Source: Vicugna vicugna (taxonomy: Eukaryota). Taken from it: DNA of 64,000 nt. The stretch spans positions 372,001 through 436,000 of the forward strand of contig MU059916.1 of assembly GCA_013265495.1 (NCBI GenBank), written 5' to 3'. The notes beneath the pieces are model-generated. The model had not been told where the DNA came from, made no database searches, and worked only from the letters and a program-made list of their open reading frames with translations. The translations under genes were made by a program, and so were the position numbers. How positions within the stretch are numbered: the stretch's first letter is position 1; each line of letters starts with the position of its first letter. This document shows, piece after piece, positions 25,091-38,260 of the stretch.

Positions 25091-28000
25091 TAGCTCAGTG
25101 TACAGGGAAGTAATTTAATAAATGTTAGCAATTATTATTTTAGGACCGTTAGACCCAATCATTCACACCACTTGAGAGAGGTAGTCAAACAGCCACAGAG
25201 TGTGATCTGTTCTTTGTTTTTATCAATACTTCCCCAGTTCGTGACTGGTGTGTGTCCACTTCCTCAGGGTCTCTGCCACACAGCACGGATGCCACGTTTG
25301 GGAAGGTGGATTTGACACACCTACCATGCGTGTCTGCAAGGTGGAACCCTGAAGGAAGGCTAACAGCGTGGGGGCTATTTTTAGATAGGCAGGAGTCAAG
25401 CTATCACTTCTAAAAGGAGATACTGTGAAATCCCCTATCGTGAATTATATTTCCCATTCAGGTGAAAATATATTAGTGCACCATCCCCTACAAGAGCCTT
25501 TTGAAATCCCTGAGTCTCTGAATGAATCTGAATTTCACAGGCAGGTTAAATGCAGGCCTTGTAATTGCCATTCTGTGTGACTTCTGTCCTCACACCAGCT
25601 CCGCTCAGGAACTACGGGACATGATGCTCTGGCTTCCTGCTCCCAACACGTGTGCATTATGTGGGATGCATGCTAAAGACAGCCAACAACTTGTCACCGA
25701 AGAACCTGGACATAGCCATGAAAATACTCACTTCTCTTACTTTGTCTTTTCTCTTGCACACTGACCCCTAAAAGGAATCTCATACTGTACACAGACTGCT
25801 TGTCTCTACATACAATTTTTCAGAAAAATACAAGGGAAACCTATACTGTATTTTTTTTTTCTGAAATTAAACAGAAGTGTGAATGTAGGAGGTTATTCCC
25901 CTTCACAGAAAGGTTAGAGTACTTTTTTTGCGTGGGGGGTGAGGGTGGGCACTATCTGGTCACTAAATTGGAAGATTCCAGTACAGTATCTTTTGCCTTG
26001 GTTCCCATTTCTACTCCTTATACACTGGCACCTACTCTATTCAAGTGTTCAAGAAACTGTTTCTAACTCTAATTTTAGCATATTCGCTGCATAAATATCT
26101 GAGCCTATCTTTTGAAAAATGTAAGTACCTTTAAAATATGTGCAGGAAAAGAAGGAGGCAGAGGAAATAAAGAATAGATAGGAATATAAAGGCTAGGCAG
26201 CAATTTGCACAGAGCAACATGCAACAATTTTTTATTCCAACTGCACTTGATATTTGGCGTATCTACCTAAAACACCTTTGTGCATTCAGATATTAATTTA
26301 ATGCTTCCAATTTTCCATTTTCAGAGAACAAAAAGGGGAAAAATAAAGAGATAATCTCTATAAAAACAATAACAACAAAAACACCTTCACATTTAATTCA
26401 GTTTATTTTAATGCATTTCAACACATGTTTATCAAGCACCTACTATCTTCCAGGAATTAACCCAAGGACAGGAAGCATGAGGATTGATAAGACAGAACAA
26501 GGCACTTGACTGCATGAAGTTTATAGCAGAGAGGGGAATAGAGACATAGAACAGGGCATTCTTGTGTGATGAATGTTAAATGGCAGTAGAGTTTAAAAAG
26601 CTATGAGAACACAGAACAGAGGAATTTAACCTATTCCAGAGGTTAGGAAAGCCATCCTACTTCCATACCTGGGATGCTCCCAAATGGAATATGGTTTGAT
26701 GGAGATGGAACTGAGCTTTCAATGTGCTCTTAAATCATGCATATGGGGCAAAGTATTTGTAAATGTATTTATAGTTTGTTCAGTTCATTTTGAAAACCCA
26801 ACTTAAGAATACCAAAAAAACCCCATTCCCCTATTTAGGTGGTCCTTCTTCTCTTCCACATAAGACAGTGGGGTAGGTGCAAAAATCCACTTCTCAATGC
26901 TTGAGTGGAATAAAGATTGAGGGTTCTCAGGTTTCCTCACAAAAAGCTCCCAGAGCATTTTGCTAACTCAGGATCTAGAACAGTGAATAAAATCTGACCA
27001 CCCGCCTTCTACATCTGAGATACTTTCAGGCCAAATGGAGAGTATGTGGGGTGAACCCCTGGCAGTGCCTTATCCCAGGGCAAGCTCACTCAGGAAAAGT
27101 GCTCGTTGTCCACAGTGGTACCAAGGTCTCCACGTGTTTCCCAAGGCTCGACTGGGTCCCAGGAATAGCTGCCAATGGACCCCTTCCTGGCTGTTGGCCT
27201 TCTTCCTGTCTCTTAATCTTCAGACTGTTGAGTTCTTCTCATACTTTTAGTATGAAACGCACAGATAGAAAGGGTCTAATTGCCTCGGGTGGTTTTCATA
27301 TCAGACAGAACTGCCAGCCCATGGAGAACCACCATTGGGTAAGAAATACATTTCTGACTCAATTATTGGCTCCCCCTGAGCAAAGAAAAGCTTTGTAATA
27401 TTTTCCCAAAGTAGGTTGCTTAATTCTAAAGGGGAAATCTGAGGATGGCAGACACGGTGATCTTAGTTACAAGAGGAGTACAGAGCAACTCTCTCCTACC
27501 ATACGTACTTCCTATCCATTCCTTCGGTGTATTCATAACTCCTCGATGTCGTATTATTATTTACTCTTTCTTTTTGTTTTTTTGGTCTATTTTCTTCACT
27601 AGAATTAACTTCCAGGAGGTTGGGGAATTTATTTTGTTTACTGCTGTGTTTCCAGGACCAAAACAGCTTACCAGAGTCCATTGTCAAAAGTATTTCTTTA
27701 ATGACGCATGGACAATTAGAACACTCAGGCTGTGGGCATATTTTCCTTCAATATGCAAAGGTTCTCAACATTTTACACAAGATATAACCCCTAGGATTTA
27801 AATTTAAAATTGAAGGCAAATTTTAGATTTAATAGTAATTGGTCCTTTCTTTCTCCAAAGTTTCACTGTATTTAGGTATGTTATGATTATTATTAAGGAA
27901 CATTTTATGAGAGCTATGAAGTCTATTTGTCACCAGATAAAATGAATTCAAAGAAGAACCTGAAGTTCTAAGATATAAAATCACCTCTTAGAAATTTTAC

Positions 28001-28297
28001 TCCATGGGCCTTGGCTAAAGCCAGCACCTCCTTGTGGCTCCATTACAACGCTGAAGAGACGCCGCAGGTGGATTCAGCTTGCCCGACACTGAAGTCGTTT
28101 CTGGGTCACTCTACAGGGGTGAAATCCCCAGAGACGGCATTTCAAAGGAAAACTCTTATTTTCTCACCTCGCTCACTGTTTCCCTAGCTTTCTCTCCTAG
28201 AAGATACAGTGTATAATTGTGGTGAATACTACTGTAAAGGGATGTTTTCAATTTAATTCCAAATGTATAGTATCTTCATCTATCTTATTTTCATTTT

Positions 28298-28421
28298 ATT
28301 TATTTTTGGGGAGGAGATCATTCGGTCTATTTATTTACTTATTATTGTGTTCTTTTTTGGATGGTATTGGGGATTGAAACCAGTACCTAGTGCATGCTAA
28401 GCATGAGCTATACCCTCCCCA
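28298..28421 (-). mobile_element. tRNA-derived SINE of the camelid type, with a perfect 20-bp target-site duplication
   Basis: The minus strand reads GGGGAGGGTATAGCTCA..TGCTTAGCATGCACTAGGTACTGGTTTCAATCCCCAATACC (tRNA-like head) followed by an A-rich tail. The identical flanks ATCTATCTTATTTTCATTTT lie at 28278-28297 and 28422-28441. Confidence 0.9.
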
Positions 28422-28714
28422 ATCTATCTTATTTTCATTTTTCTCATAGAAAAGAGTATCTCTAAAGTTTGTTAGTTACTCCTACTTGCAAATATTGAAC
28501 TTAAACCCACCCCATCCCCTTTAAAGCAACAGCCTGTAAAAAAAGTCATCTGTTAGAGGTTGCCTCTTTGAATTTTCCCAAAGGTACACTTAAGGGAGCT
28601 AAGGATCCTGGCAGTTTCGCCTAGAGCTAAGTAAGCAGCTTTGCTATAGAACAATGCAAAGAGTTTTCCCAAAAGCTGTGGGTCTGTGATTTGAGCTAGT
28701 TTGTAATCGCCTGG

Positions 28715-28835
28715 ATGCTTGTTAAACAGATTGCAAGCCTCACCTCTAGCATTTAAAAATCAATAGGTCTAGGAGCTGAGGGAGTTTCCAGGAGATGCTA
28801 ATGCTGCTGACTGAGGACCCCACTTTGAGGACCAC
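28715..28835. mobile_element. MER5-type hAT-Charlie MITE remnant
   Basis: cagattgcaagcctcacctctag...aataggtctagg...ccaggagatgctaatgctgctg..gaccccactttgaggaccact. Confidence 0.65.
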
Positions 28836-31158
28836 TTCCACCCCGAAGGCCAAATTTGTGATGCAACTTTTACACTTGACAGTTTATTCCCTTTCAGTTT
28901 TCCTGTGAATTCTCAGGGTTCTTCACGAAAAGCTCCCAGAGCATTTTGCTAAGCCAGGATCTAGAACAGTGAGTAAAATCTGACCAAAGGAAGAACTTCC
29001 TTTCCTGCTCTGATGCCCTCGGCCCTGATTCTGAAATGTAAGCCCTGTATGAGTAACCTATGAAAGGAGTCACTTTTTCATACAAATGTTGACTATCCTA
29101 AACTCTTAAAATAGTGGCTTGAAAACTCTAAAGAATGCTACTTTTCCCCACTGTGCCTATTTTATGAGTGGAGAATAGTAGGAAAATCTAGAATCTCAAC
29201 AGCACAAAAGAGCTCCTAATTACTTTTGATTGCTCTGGGAATGTGGGAAGTCATCACCATGACACTCTTCTTGTGAGGAAGCAGGGAAGGAAGGGGACTT
29301 GGGCCAGTGTATGATATAACAGATCTTTCGAGCTCGCTTGGGTATGCTAACTCATCGAGTCAGAAAGAAGTGATTGAAAAGTGGGTCAGAGTCCCACCTC
29401 TCTAACTGGGACATCATCCAGGTGTGCAGCACCTGTGAAGGAGTGTGTATCAAGTGGGGACATAACCAGCCTTTTTGTGTAAGCTCCCTCTGAGCTTACT
29501 GGGGAAGAAATTTAGGACAGGCCAACCTTGGGGGAAATCAAGATTCCAATAAAATGGACCTTATTTCAGGTAGGTGAGTTAAATGCATTCCCCATATGAG
29601 GTAAGAGCGAAGTGAAGGCAGAAAGTGGAGTCACATTCGGTAGAATTTCAGGGATGGGGGACCCTTTTCATTGCCAGTGAAAGAGAACCAGCGCCTACTG
29701 CATTCTGTAACAGTGGAGTGATGGCAGAGATCAGAGTCCTGTTTCTGTTTGGGTAAGTTGCATTCAAGCAAGTTAGGCACTTCTGTATTCAAACTTGAGA
29801 TCGAGAGAACACCATTTAATCAAGTGCATAATTTAATCAAGTACATAACTGTCAGCAAAGGAAATGATTCACGAGGAGGGTGAGGTGGGGAGCAAGGCTT
29901 CAAGCTAATGTAGTTTCTAAACCTGCTCATCTAGATTCTATGTAGCAAATCAATCAATCAATCAATCTTCAGTCAATCAAATTGGTGGTTACCTGTCTCT
30001 ACGGCAAAGACTCTAGACATTTACTTACTAATTGTAGTAGCCATACCTGCTCATTTCCTACTGTAAAGACATTGCACATGCAGAATTCATTTTGAGGCAA
30101 AGGCAATCATTCTGAACTGCCTCGTTTTTAAAGTAAAAATGTGTTCACATTACAAAACCACTGTAGCAAAGCATTTCTATTAAAATAGCCCTGCTGCTTA
30201 TATTTAATGCTTTCTGGACTGCAGTGTGGCTCAGAGGGGCTGTGTGAAGCACATGAAGGCATTAGAGTAATCATTAAAGATCAAGGGCTTTCCAATTATC
30301 AAGTCACAGTGAGCAGACAACAGGCTGAGATAAATGAAGCGTGGCCTGGCAGTTTCATATTCTGAATCAAAGATTCTCAGAACAAGGAAAAGACGCCTGC
30401 CCCTTATGAAAGACATGGGCACTTGTCAATGCGTTTGAGAAAGATGCTCATCAACACTCTTCAGCAACGCCCTAAGTGTTTCCAAGCTTCTAACCGTTAA
30501 TAGGAAATGGTTATATGAAATTTCTCCCTGTGATAAAAAAACCCAGGGGTGCATTTGCAAGACCGTTGCCCACATTCCCACCCCAAAGCTATTATTCCAA
30601 AATAAGGTGCATTACACCACCCGTCAATGGGAATCCAATAAAGCTTCAATTCATTAGGATTGTTTCTTCCGTGCTTAATTTTAGTAAAGAGGAAACTCAC
30701 AAGAAAATAAGCTGTAAGGAAGGATTTTTTTTCCCCCAAAAGACTGACTTCCAAAGTATATCCTGAGGTCAAACAGACACAGTACAATCTTCTTTATTCT
30801 TTTTATATTTACAACTCCAACACTGTACTGCGATTCTGGAGACTCCAAATGATCCCCCCAAGGCAGTGCAAGATGCTCACTCATCATAGAAAGATTCAAT
30901 TATACTTGCTGGACAGCGTCTGCTAAGGCAGAAAAGGGGACTAATGTGTTTAAGCAAGATCTCCAGCAGCAGGAGAGAGAGAAAAGGGACATGGCTGGGC
31001 AGTCTCTTTGTCATGAAGTGGTGCGCACAGTTCCTTGTGAAGAGCTGCAAAGCTCTCAGTAAACGTTTCTTTAGTTATATTTAAAATGAAAGATGAGTGA
31101 GCTGCAGTTAATTAGGGGCCAGGCCATCCTCAGGCCAGCTCGGGCTTGCATCCCGTGG

Positions 31159-31177
31159 CAGCGCCACCTAGCGTCGG
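31159..31177 (-). promoter_or_regulatory. CTCF-binding motif (predicted)
   Basis: The minus strand reads CCGACGCTAGGTGGCGCTG, a close match to the CTCF core (CCACYAGRKGGCRS), in a locally GC/CpG-rich non-repeat patch. Confidence 0.6.
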
Positions 31178-34100
31178 AAGACCTGGCCATTCTCGGCATG
31201 TGAATGGGAAGAACTTGTTACAAGGTCTCCGGAGGCATTTGATTCTTATCTAGGTTTGTTTCTTCCACTCAACAAGGTTTCCAGACAATAATATTAAAAG
31301 AACAATTCTCCTCCTTGCCAACTTACTCAGATCCAACCAACATTTTTTGCATCATTAGTACGTATGTGCACCCAAAACATTCATAACATTAATTAATTTA
31401 ATCCTCACAAAAATCATGTAACAACACCATTAACACTTCTAAGTGAAACATATGAGTCTTTTGAGAGGTAAATTATCTATTGCAAACCACGTATAAAATA
31501 AATGACAGAAAGAGGATTTGATACAGATGTGTGCATGTGTGTTCATTTTTATTTCTACAACTCTGGTGTTTGTTTCTCCATTCCATTCACTTGAATATAC
31601 TGCACTGTGAATTTGGAGCCAAAGCTCTTCTCTTCAACCAGAGACCCCATCCTGTTGTTTCCCAAGCCATTTCTCACTTCTAAAGGCTAAGGGCTTCTCT
31701 CTCATTCAGCCCAGAGAGTCGGTGTTGAATAGCCCTTCCCTGTCTTCATAATCACATCCATCATATACTGAGGTTTTCTATGGTTCTTGCTTCTGTGGAC
31801 ACAGCAGGGGTGAAATAGCCTTGTGCAAGCCCGTGAATGCCTTTTAGAGAGTGTGTCACCATCAGGGCTCTGCTCATTCCTCCATGAGAACACAGTGCTA
31901 CTCAGCTCTTGCAAGGAGCATCTTTGGGAGAGAAACTTGAACTGCCTTGGTTGAGAAGATTCCTGGGCTCCCCTGGACCAGGATGTATTCTCATAACTTA
32001 ATTCAATATTATTGAGAATCTTTTGTAGGCTGAAATAGTTGCACAATATGGTGATACGGAAATGAATAAGACACAGTTGTTAACTTCCATGAACTGAGGG
32101 AATACAGCTAATACCCAATAATGGCTGCCTGTGAAGGGCTTTAATAGAGCCATGTATGGAATGCTATGTGCAAGGCATATTATGATGCGATTAATTCTGG
32201 GTAAGGGAATTTCAGAGAGGGCTCCAGAGAAAAAGTGACAATTGATTTGAGCCTTGAAAGATTAGCCAGTTTTGCCAAGTAGGAAACAAGGGACAGAGCT
32301 GTGTAGGAAAAAAATAATAATATTAACAAATTTGGAAGCCTGAGAAGATGAGTAGGGATTGATTTACAGGACCATTTTCCTTTATCTGGATCACAGTTCA
32401 GGTCATTAAGAGATTTATTAAGAAACTCCAACATCCTCTCCTGGGCTATCCCTGTACTTCAGACTCTAGGGCACTTGTGAAAATGATGTTGTTGGAACAA
32501 CCAGATACTCTGTATCTTCCTGTACGCTGTGACCATGTGTGTTTTGCTGACTGTTTTATATGCAGCACCACACACAGTGCCTGTCACAGTATAATGTCAA
32601 ATAAACATTTATTAAAATAATTAAAATGCAAATAAAGCTAAATTGAAATAATGATCTTAGGGAAAAAATGCCCCACTTATTTTCCCCCTCATCATTTTGT
32701 GTATATTCCAGTTGATCACAAATTGTAGTTGGATTCTGGTTCTGCTGATCAATATACCAATGATTTTTTAAACATTTTTGGATAGTCTGCATTATATATT
32801 CTTTGTGTTTCACATTGGAACTTGCCATTCACATGTTCTAGTCTGTTAAAAAAGCTTAACCCTACAATTTATCCCCCTCTTTGCATCAGAGAGCTCCAGC
32901 TTCATTTGCTAAATATGGTCACAATGAAGAAAATTTCCCTATACACGTAACTACCAGAATTGTGCTTCATCAGGAATAAATGATGAAATACGGCTTACGT
33001 AAAGTGATTTATAAATTCTATGGGACCTACTGACATCACGGTTTTTATTAGAGTTTCTTTAGAAAAAATTTCCCAGTTCTATTAGCATTACTTTCCAGAT
33101 AAACACAACAGGATTTCATTTATCTAGTATATTCAGAGAATGAACTGTCACGTGTAAATAACATTTTCAAAGAGCTAAAGCATGCCTTTCAGAAACTGAA
33201 CCTTTTTATTTTCATCTGTTGTATATTTTTGTAAAAAAAAAAAAGCAAGTAAACAAACAGATGACAACAAAAGAACCTGTAAAAACTCTATCAGGTACTT
33301 TCGTCTTTTAGTTTTGGTCATAACTGTGCCTTTTCTTGGAGATTCAGAATTATGGCTATGAATGTGAACTATTCAATAGTTCAATCGAACTATTGTACAA
33401 TTCTATAATATAGTAGGTATTGTCCTTGAATATTTGTTTCCCCCAACATTAAAAGGCTTTGGACTAAATGTCTCCTGTTAATGAGTTTCCTGTTTCTTCT
33501 ATCCTTCTCTAAGTTTACTTGTAATTTGCCAGTTTTTGTCAGTTAAGTTTCAATTCATTTCAGTTAAAATCAAAACAACAGATGTTTAATAAATACTTAG
33601 TATATTCCAATTGCTGTGTTGGAGGCTTCAGGATTCCTAGGTGAATACATGTCACTATATAAATATATGTCACTATCTTCTGTAATCTTGAAAAATCATG
33701 AGATAATATTGTGCAAATTTAAGATCCCCTTATGGGAAGTGACTTTAATTTGTCTTGTGAGCAAAATTCAGAAGCTCTGCAATAGTTTTTTTTTCCCCAC
33801 ATATAGATATTTTTTCTATTTTATTTAGGTTCAAAATGTGACCTTTAAGTAAGTCGAGGGTTACTATTTAAACTTACTCCTCTAATGAGTTTTTTTCCCT
33901 TCCTGTGTGGAATTTAGAGACCTGGCTCTCTTTCCGACTTCTCACAGGATGAGGGGTAAATAATGGGCTCAGTCCTTCTTCACTATTGATAGTGGGGGTT
34001 GGCGACATTTGCCCCAAGTCTCTACAGATCATCCCGACAACTTCCATGCTGGGAAGGAGGTGGATGAAAATAATAAGAGTAATAAAAATAACAGCACTAG

Positions 34101-35849
34101 TCATACTAGCAGCAGCGATGACAGGTAATGTCTGTAATGGAATGTATCATAATTTTAGGTTAAACCATGAGATAGTTTAGTTCTTATCTGTTACTCTTCT
34201 TTCATCATTTGGCATCAAGAAGATCTCCTGTATGTTCTACTCTTTCGGATGGGGCAGAAATAATCTAAAACATTGACTTAAATGAAATGATTTCAGTGGT
34301 GATCTCTGGGACGAGATAATAGTTCACAAGTCCCTTTGCCAGTCTGAACAACTGCAGCCGAACAGAAAAGGCGGCACATGATATTTAGGTAGAGAGGGCT
34401 TGGGACAGCACAGCTCATCATGAGATTCTTGGTTCTGCAGAGCAGGGAGATATACAGACTTTTCCTGTGCTATCTGGGGCCTTTGCTCTCAAACTCCACT
34501 CCAGATAAATACACAACAAAAGAAACGAACCCAGATGAGAATTTTGATGTTGGTGTGCTTTTGTAGGCTGTTGCTGTAGTGTCTGGGAAGGAGCAAGGGG
34601 CCCCATGGTAGAGGTGGTGGACTGGGCAGCACACATGTGGGATAAGCGGTCGCACATAGCTGATCCTTAGAGGATCTACCAAGGGAAGCCAAGAAGGTTT
34701 GACCAAGTCAGTATTGGTGCTGATGGTGGTGGGGTCGGGGGAGGTATACAGAGGGACCACTACTCTCCCAAAGGCAACATCAACAAATTGCTTGTGCTAA
34801 GAGAACAGAACACAAGACAGACAACTTGAGAAATCAGCAGCTGGGGCAAAGGCTCTTAGATGCTTAAGACTAGGTGGGAAAAATTACACCTCATGGAGCC
34901 CAGTGAGAACTCAAGGATGGCACTCAGGCCAGAAAACCCTCACTCAATGTAGGACCTCCTCTAATCAATGGATTTGGGAATTAGCAGTGTGGACAAGAGG
35001 CAGGATGGTTGATACAACTGGGTTGAAATCTGTACTTTTCCAAATTTAAGTTAAGTAATGCCAAAGCTAGATGACTGGGTAGGCAAGTTTAAGTTAATGC
35101 TGTTGTTTTTAATCCTGCCAACATTGAAATACAGGTTTGGATGCTAATTAAGTTGATACAGGAAAGTAAGAGAAGCTGTGACTTTGCACTCTTGTGTGTA
35201 GTAAGAGGAGCTTGGGATCCTGTTTATCTTCAGAGGTCAGCAGGGATGACCTGGACATGGCTCTTGCTTTCCTTACCCGTCTGACCACGGTGTGCAGACT
35301 GGGGGGCAGATTTATGCCTGTGCTCATGAATATTGAAGACAGCTGCCAAAATCAGTCCTGTAGCATCTTTACGCATCATCAGTGGAATTCATTTTTAGCA
35401 AAGCTACATTGGGCAAAACTGTTTAACTGTATAATTTATTGCAGCACGACAGTTAATGATACACGAGGATTGTGCAGACGGTGCTTCACCTGCTAAACAA
35501 GTGTGGATTATGATACATTTTAACAGTAGTCAGGCCCAGTTATATTCTGCCATACGTTACCAACATTTCCTGAAATGGCTGATAGGTCCTTACCAGATGT
35601 CCAGCAGTTTGATGTTGAAAACACTGTGGATGGTCCATTTGATATTTGATATTACATCTATTAAGCAGATGTTTTCAGTTTCATTTTTACTCATTGTTCT
35701 CATCAACCGTTCTATGTCTTCTTTTGTCAGGAAGTATGAAATACAAGAGGTATGATGTTAATGGAAATTAGTTGTCCTTAGTGACGGCGGGGGAATTTTT
35801 CCTGCTCCTTTTTTTTTTTTTCTTTTAGTTGAGGGAAATAGAAATCTAT

Positions 35850-37690
35850 TTAATTGATGTGTGTTTTTTTTTTAACATTGCTGATACTTTTAAAAATAAC
35901 AGGTTTTTTGAGATATAATTCTTATAACATTAATCCTTTAAAAGTGTACCCTGTAGTGATTCTTAGTATATTCACAGAGTTGCACAAACATCCATGGTGT
36001 TTAAGACAGAATGTTTTCACCATCCCCAGAAGTAACCTCACACTCATTAGCAGCCATTCTCCGTTTCCTTCTTCTAGCTACTGGAAATGATTAATTCTCA
36101 TTTTACCTCTGGAGATTTATTTATTTTCAACATTTCATATCAGTAGAATCATATAATATGTCCTGTTTTATAAAAAGGTTTCTTTTATTTAGTATAATGT
36201 TTTGAAGGTTCATCATGTTGAAGCATGCATTAGTACTTCATTTTTTAAACTGCCAAATAGGACAGCCTGCACTAGCTACTCTGCTGTGTGGATAGATCGC
36301 TTTTTGTTATCCATTCATCAACTGATGGACATTTGCACTGCTTCCACTTTTTGGCTATTATGAATACTGTTGCTATGAACATCTCTGTACAAGATCTTTT
36401 CGAAAATACGTATTCAGTTCTCTTGGTTATAGACCTACAAGTGGGATTTCTGGGTCATATGGTAAGTCCGTGTTTAACTTTTTGAAGAACTGACAAATTA
36501 TTTTCCACTGTGTCTGTACCCTCTAATATTCCCTTCTGTAATGTAATGAGAGTTCCAATTTATTTACATCCTCACCAACACTTATTATTTAAAAATACAT
36601 ATATATATATATATACACATACATATTTTAGTGGATATGAAGTGGTATCCCGTGATTTTGATTTGCATTTTCCTAATGACTAACGGTATTGAGCAACGTT
36701 CATGTGCTTGTTGGCTGTTTGTGTATCTACTTTAGAGACATGTTTAGTCGAGTTTTTTGCCCATTTCTTAATTGGGTTGTTTGTTCTTTTTGTTGCTGAG
36801 TTAAAAGAATTATTTATGCATTCTGACTGTACCCTTATCAAGTAAATAATTCACAAGTACTTTCTACCATCCGGTGGGTTATCCTCTCACGTCTTAATAG
36901 TGTCCTTTGATGGACAAAAGCTATAATTTTGAAGTACATTTCATTTTTTTTTCTTTTGTTGCTTTTGTTTTCAGTGTCAAATCTAAGAATCCATGGTCTT
37001 ATTCAAAGTCACAAAGACAACTATATTTTTGAGATATAATTCTTATATAGAGTGTATAGATTTAGATCTTATATTAGGGTTTCGATCCATCTTGAGTTAG
37101 TTATTGTATATAATGTAAGGTCAGATTATAACTTCATTTTTGTTTGTTTTGTTTTGTTTTGTTTTTTTGCATATGACTATCCAGTTGTCCCAATAGCATC
37201 ATTTGTTGCAAAGACTATTATTTCCTACCTTGAAATTCCTTAGCATCCTTGTTGGAAATCAACTGACATTAAAAGCAAATATTTATTTCTGGATGCTCAA
37301 TTATATTACATGTCTAACCTGATGCCTATACCACGCTGCCTTGATTATTACCTTTAAAAACAAATAGGGGAAAAAAGTTACAAATAAAAATGCATTTATT
37401 CTTTTTTATATTCACCTATGTATTTTCCTTTTATTGGTACTCTTTATTATGTATGGATTTATTTTACTCTCTGATTTTCTTTTATTTCAGCTAAAGTACC
37501 CTCTTTAGTATTTCTTGTAGGCCAGGACTGCTAGACACTAATTCTGTCAGTTTTTAATTATCTGGGTATGTCTTATTTTCTCCTTTCTCTTTTCATTTTT
37601 CTGGATATAGAATTCTGGGGGTGGTATTTTTCTTTCAGTACTTTGAATATATAATCATGTAGTTTCTAACGAGTAATCACCTCTTAATCT
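35850..37690 (-). mobile_element. Old LINE-1 fragment(s) (L1M 3'UTR/ORF2 end plus an upstream piece)
   Basis: Characteristic antisense L1 3' sequence (ccattcatcaactgatggacatttg, ttgcattttcctaatgactaac, gcccatttcttaattgggttg) after a T-rich tail end. Confidence 0.8.
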
Positions 37691-37699
37691 TAAGGATCC

Positions 37700-38260
37700 T
37701 GGCTATATGCAGCCACAGGGTGCTCAGATATCCAAACAATATTTCTGGGTGTGTCTGTAAGGATGTTTCCGGATGAGATTGGCATTTAAATCAGTACACT
37801 GAGTAAGCAGAGTGCCCTCCTTAATGTGGTGGGCATTATCCAATCCCCTGAGGGCTTGATTAGAACAAAAAAGTGGAGGAAGGGAGAATTCACTCTCTCT
37901 ACCTGACCGAGTTGGAACATAGGTCTTCTGCTTTTGGACTGGGACATGCACCATTGGCTCTCCTGCTTCTCCAGCCTTCAGATGTAGACTACAAATAACA
38001 CAGTTGGTTCTCCAGGTCCTCAGGCCTCTGGATCGGGGCTGGAATTACAACACCAGTTTTCCTGGGTCTCTAGTTTGCAGACGGCAGATTGTGGAAGTTG
38101 TCAGCATCCACAATCATGTGAGATGACTTATTATAATAAATCTCTTTATATATATATATATATTTCTTTATATATCTATATCTACCTATATCCTATCGCT
38201 TCTGTTTCTCTGGAGAACCCTGACTAATACAGATTTTGGTACTAAGAATTATTCTAGAAG
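37700..38260 (+). mobile_element. MLT2-type (ERVL) LTR followed by the first ~30 bp of ERVL internal sequence
   Basis: MLT2 hallmarks: tttctgggtgtgtctgtaaggatgtttccggatgagatt, AATAAA followed by a (TA)n tract, and terminal tctgtttctctggagaaccctgactaataca. It is followed by gattttggtact, which resembles the ERVL-int start. Confidence 0.85.

Larger units (their letters stand above)
26924..28986 (+). repeat. 77-bp direct repeat (26924-27000 and 28910-28986)
   Basis: 71 of 77 positions identical by manual alignment, offset 1986 bp. Confidence 0.9.

Noticed and set aside
25375-25384. Perfect MEF2 motif CTATTTTTAG
   Set aside because: A single short AT-rich motif is expected by chance in 64 kb of AT-rich DNA, and there is no supporting cluster.
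27249-27336. + strand exon-like segment (tttag|T ATG AAA ... TGG|GTAAGA)
   Set aside because: The peptide is unrecognised and the signals are within the chance range. Similar weak candidates near 982-1049, 20479-20532 and 35277-35342 were also dropped.
29814-29847. 17-bp tandem duplication, and a 19-bp hairpin at 33365-33383
   Set aside because: Ordinary slippage-scale features with no further structure.
34400-34960. GC-richer segment with several overlapping ORFs, suggesting a retrocopy
   Set aside because: No recognisable homology, poly(A) tail or TSD in any frame.
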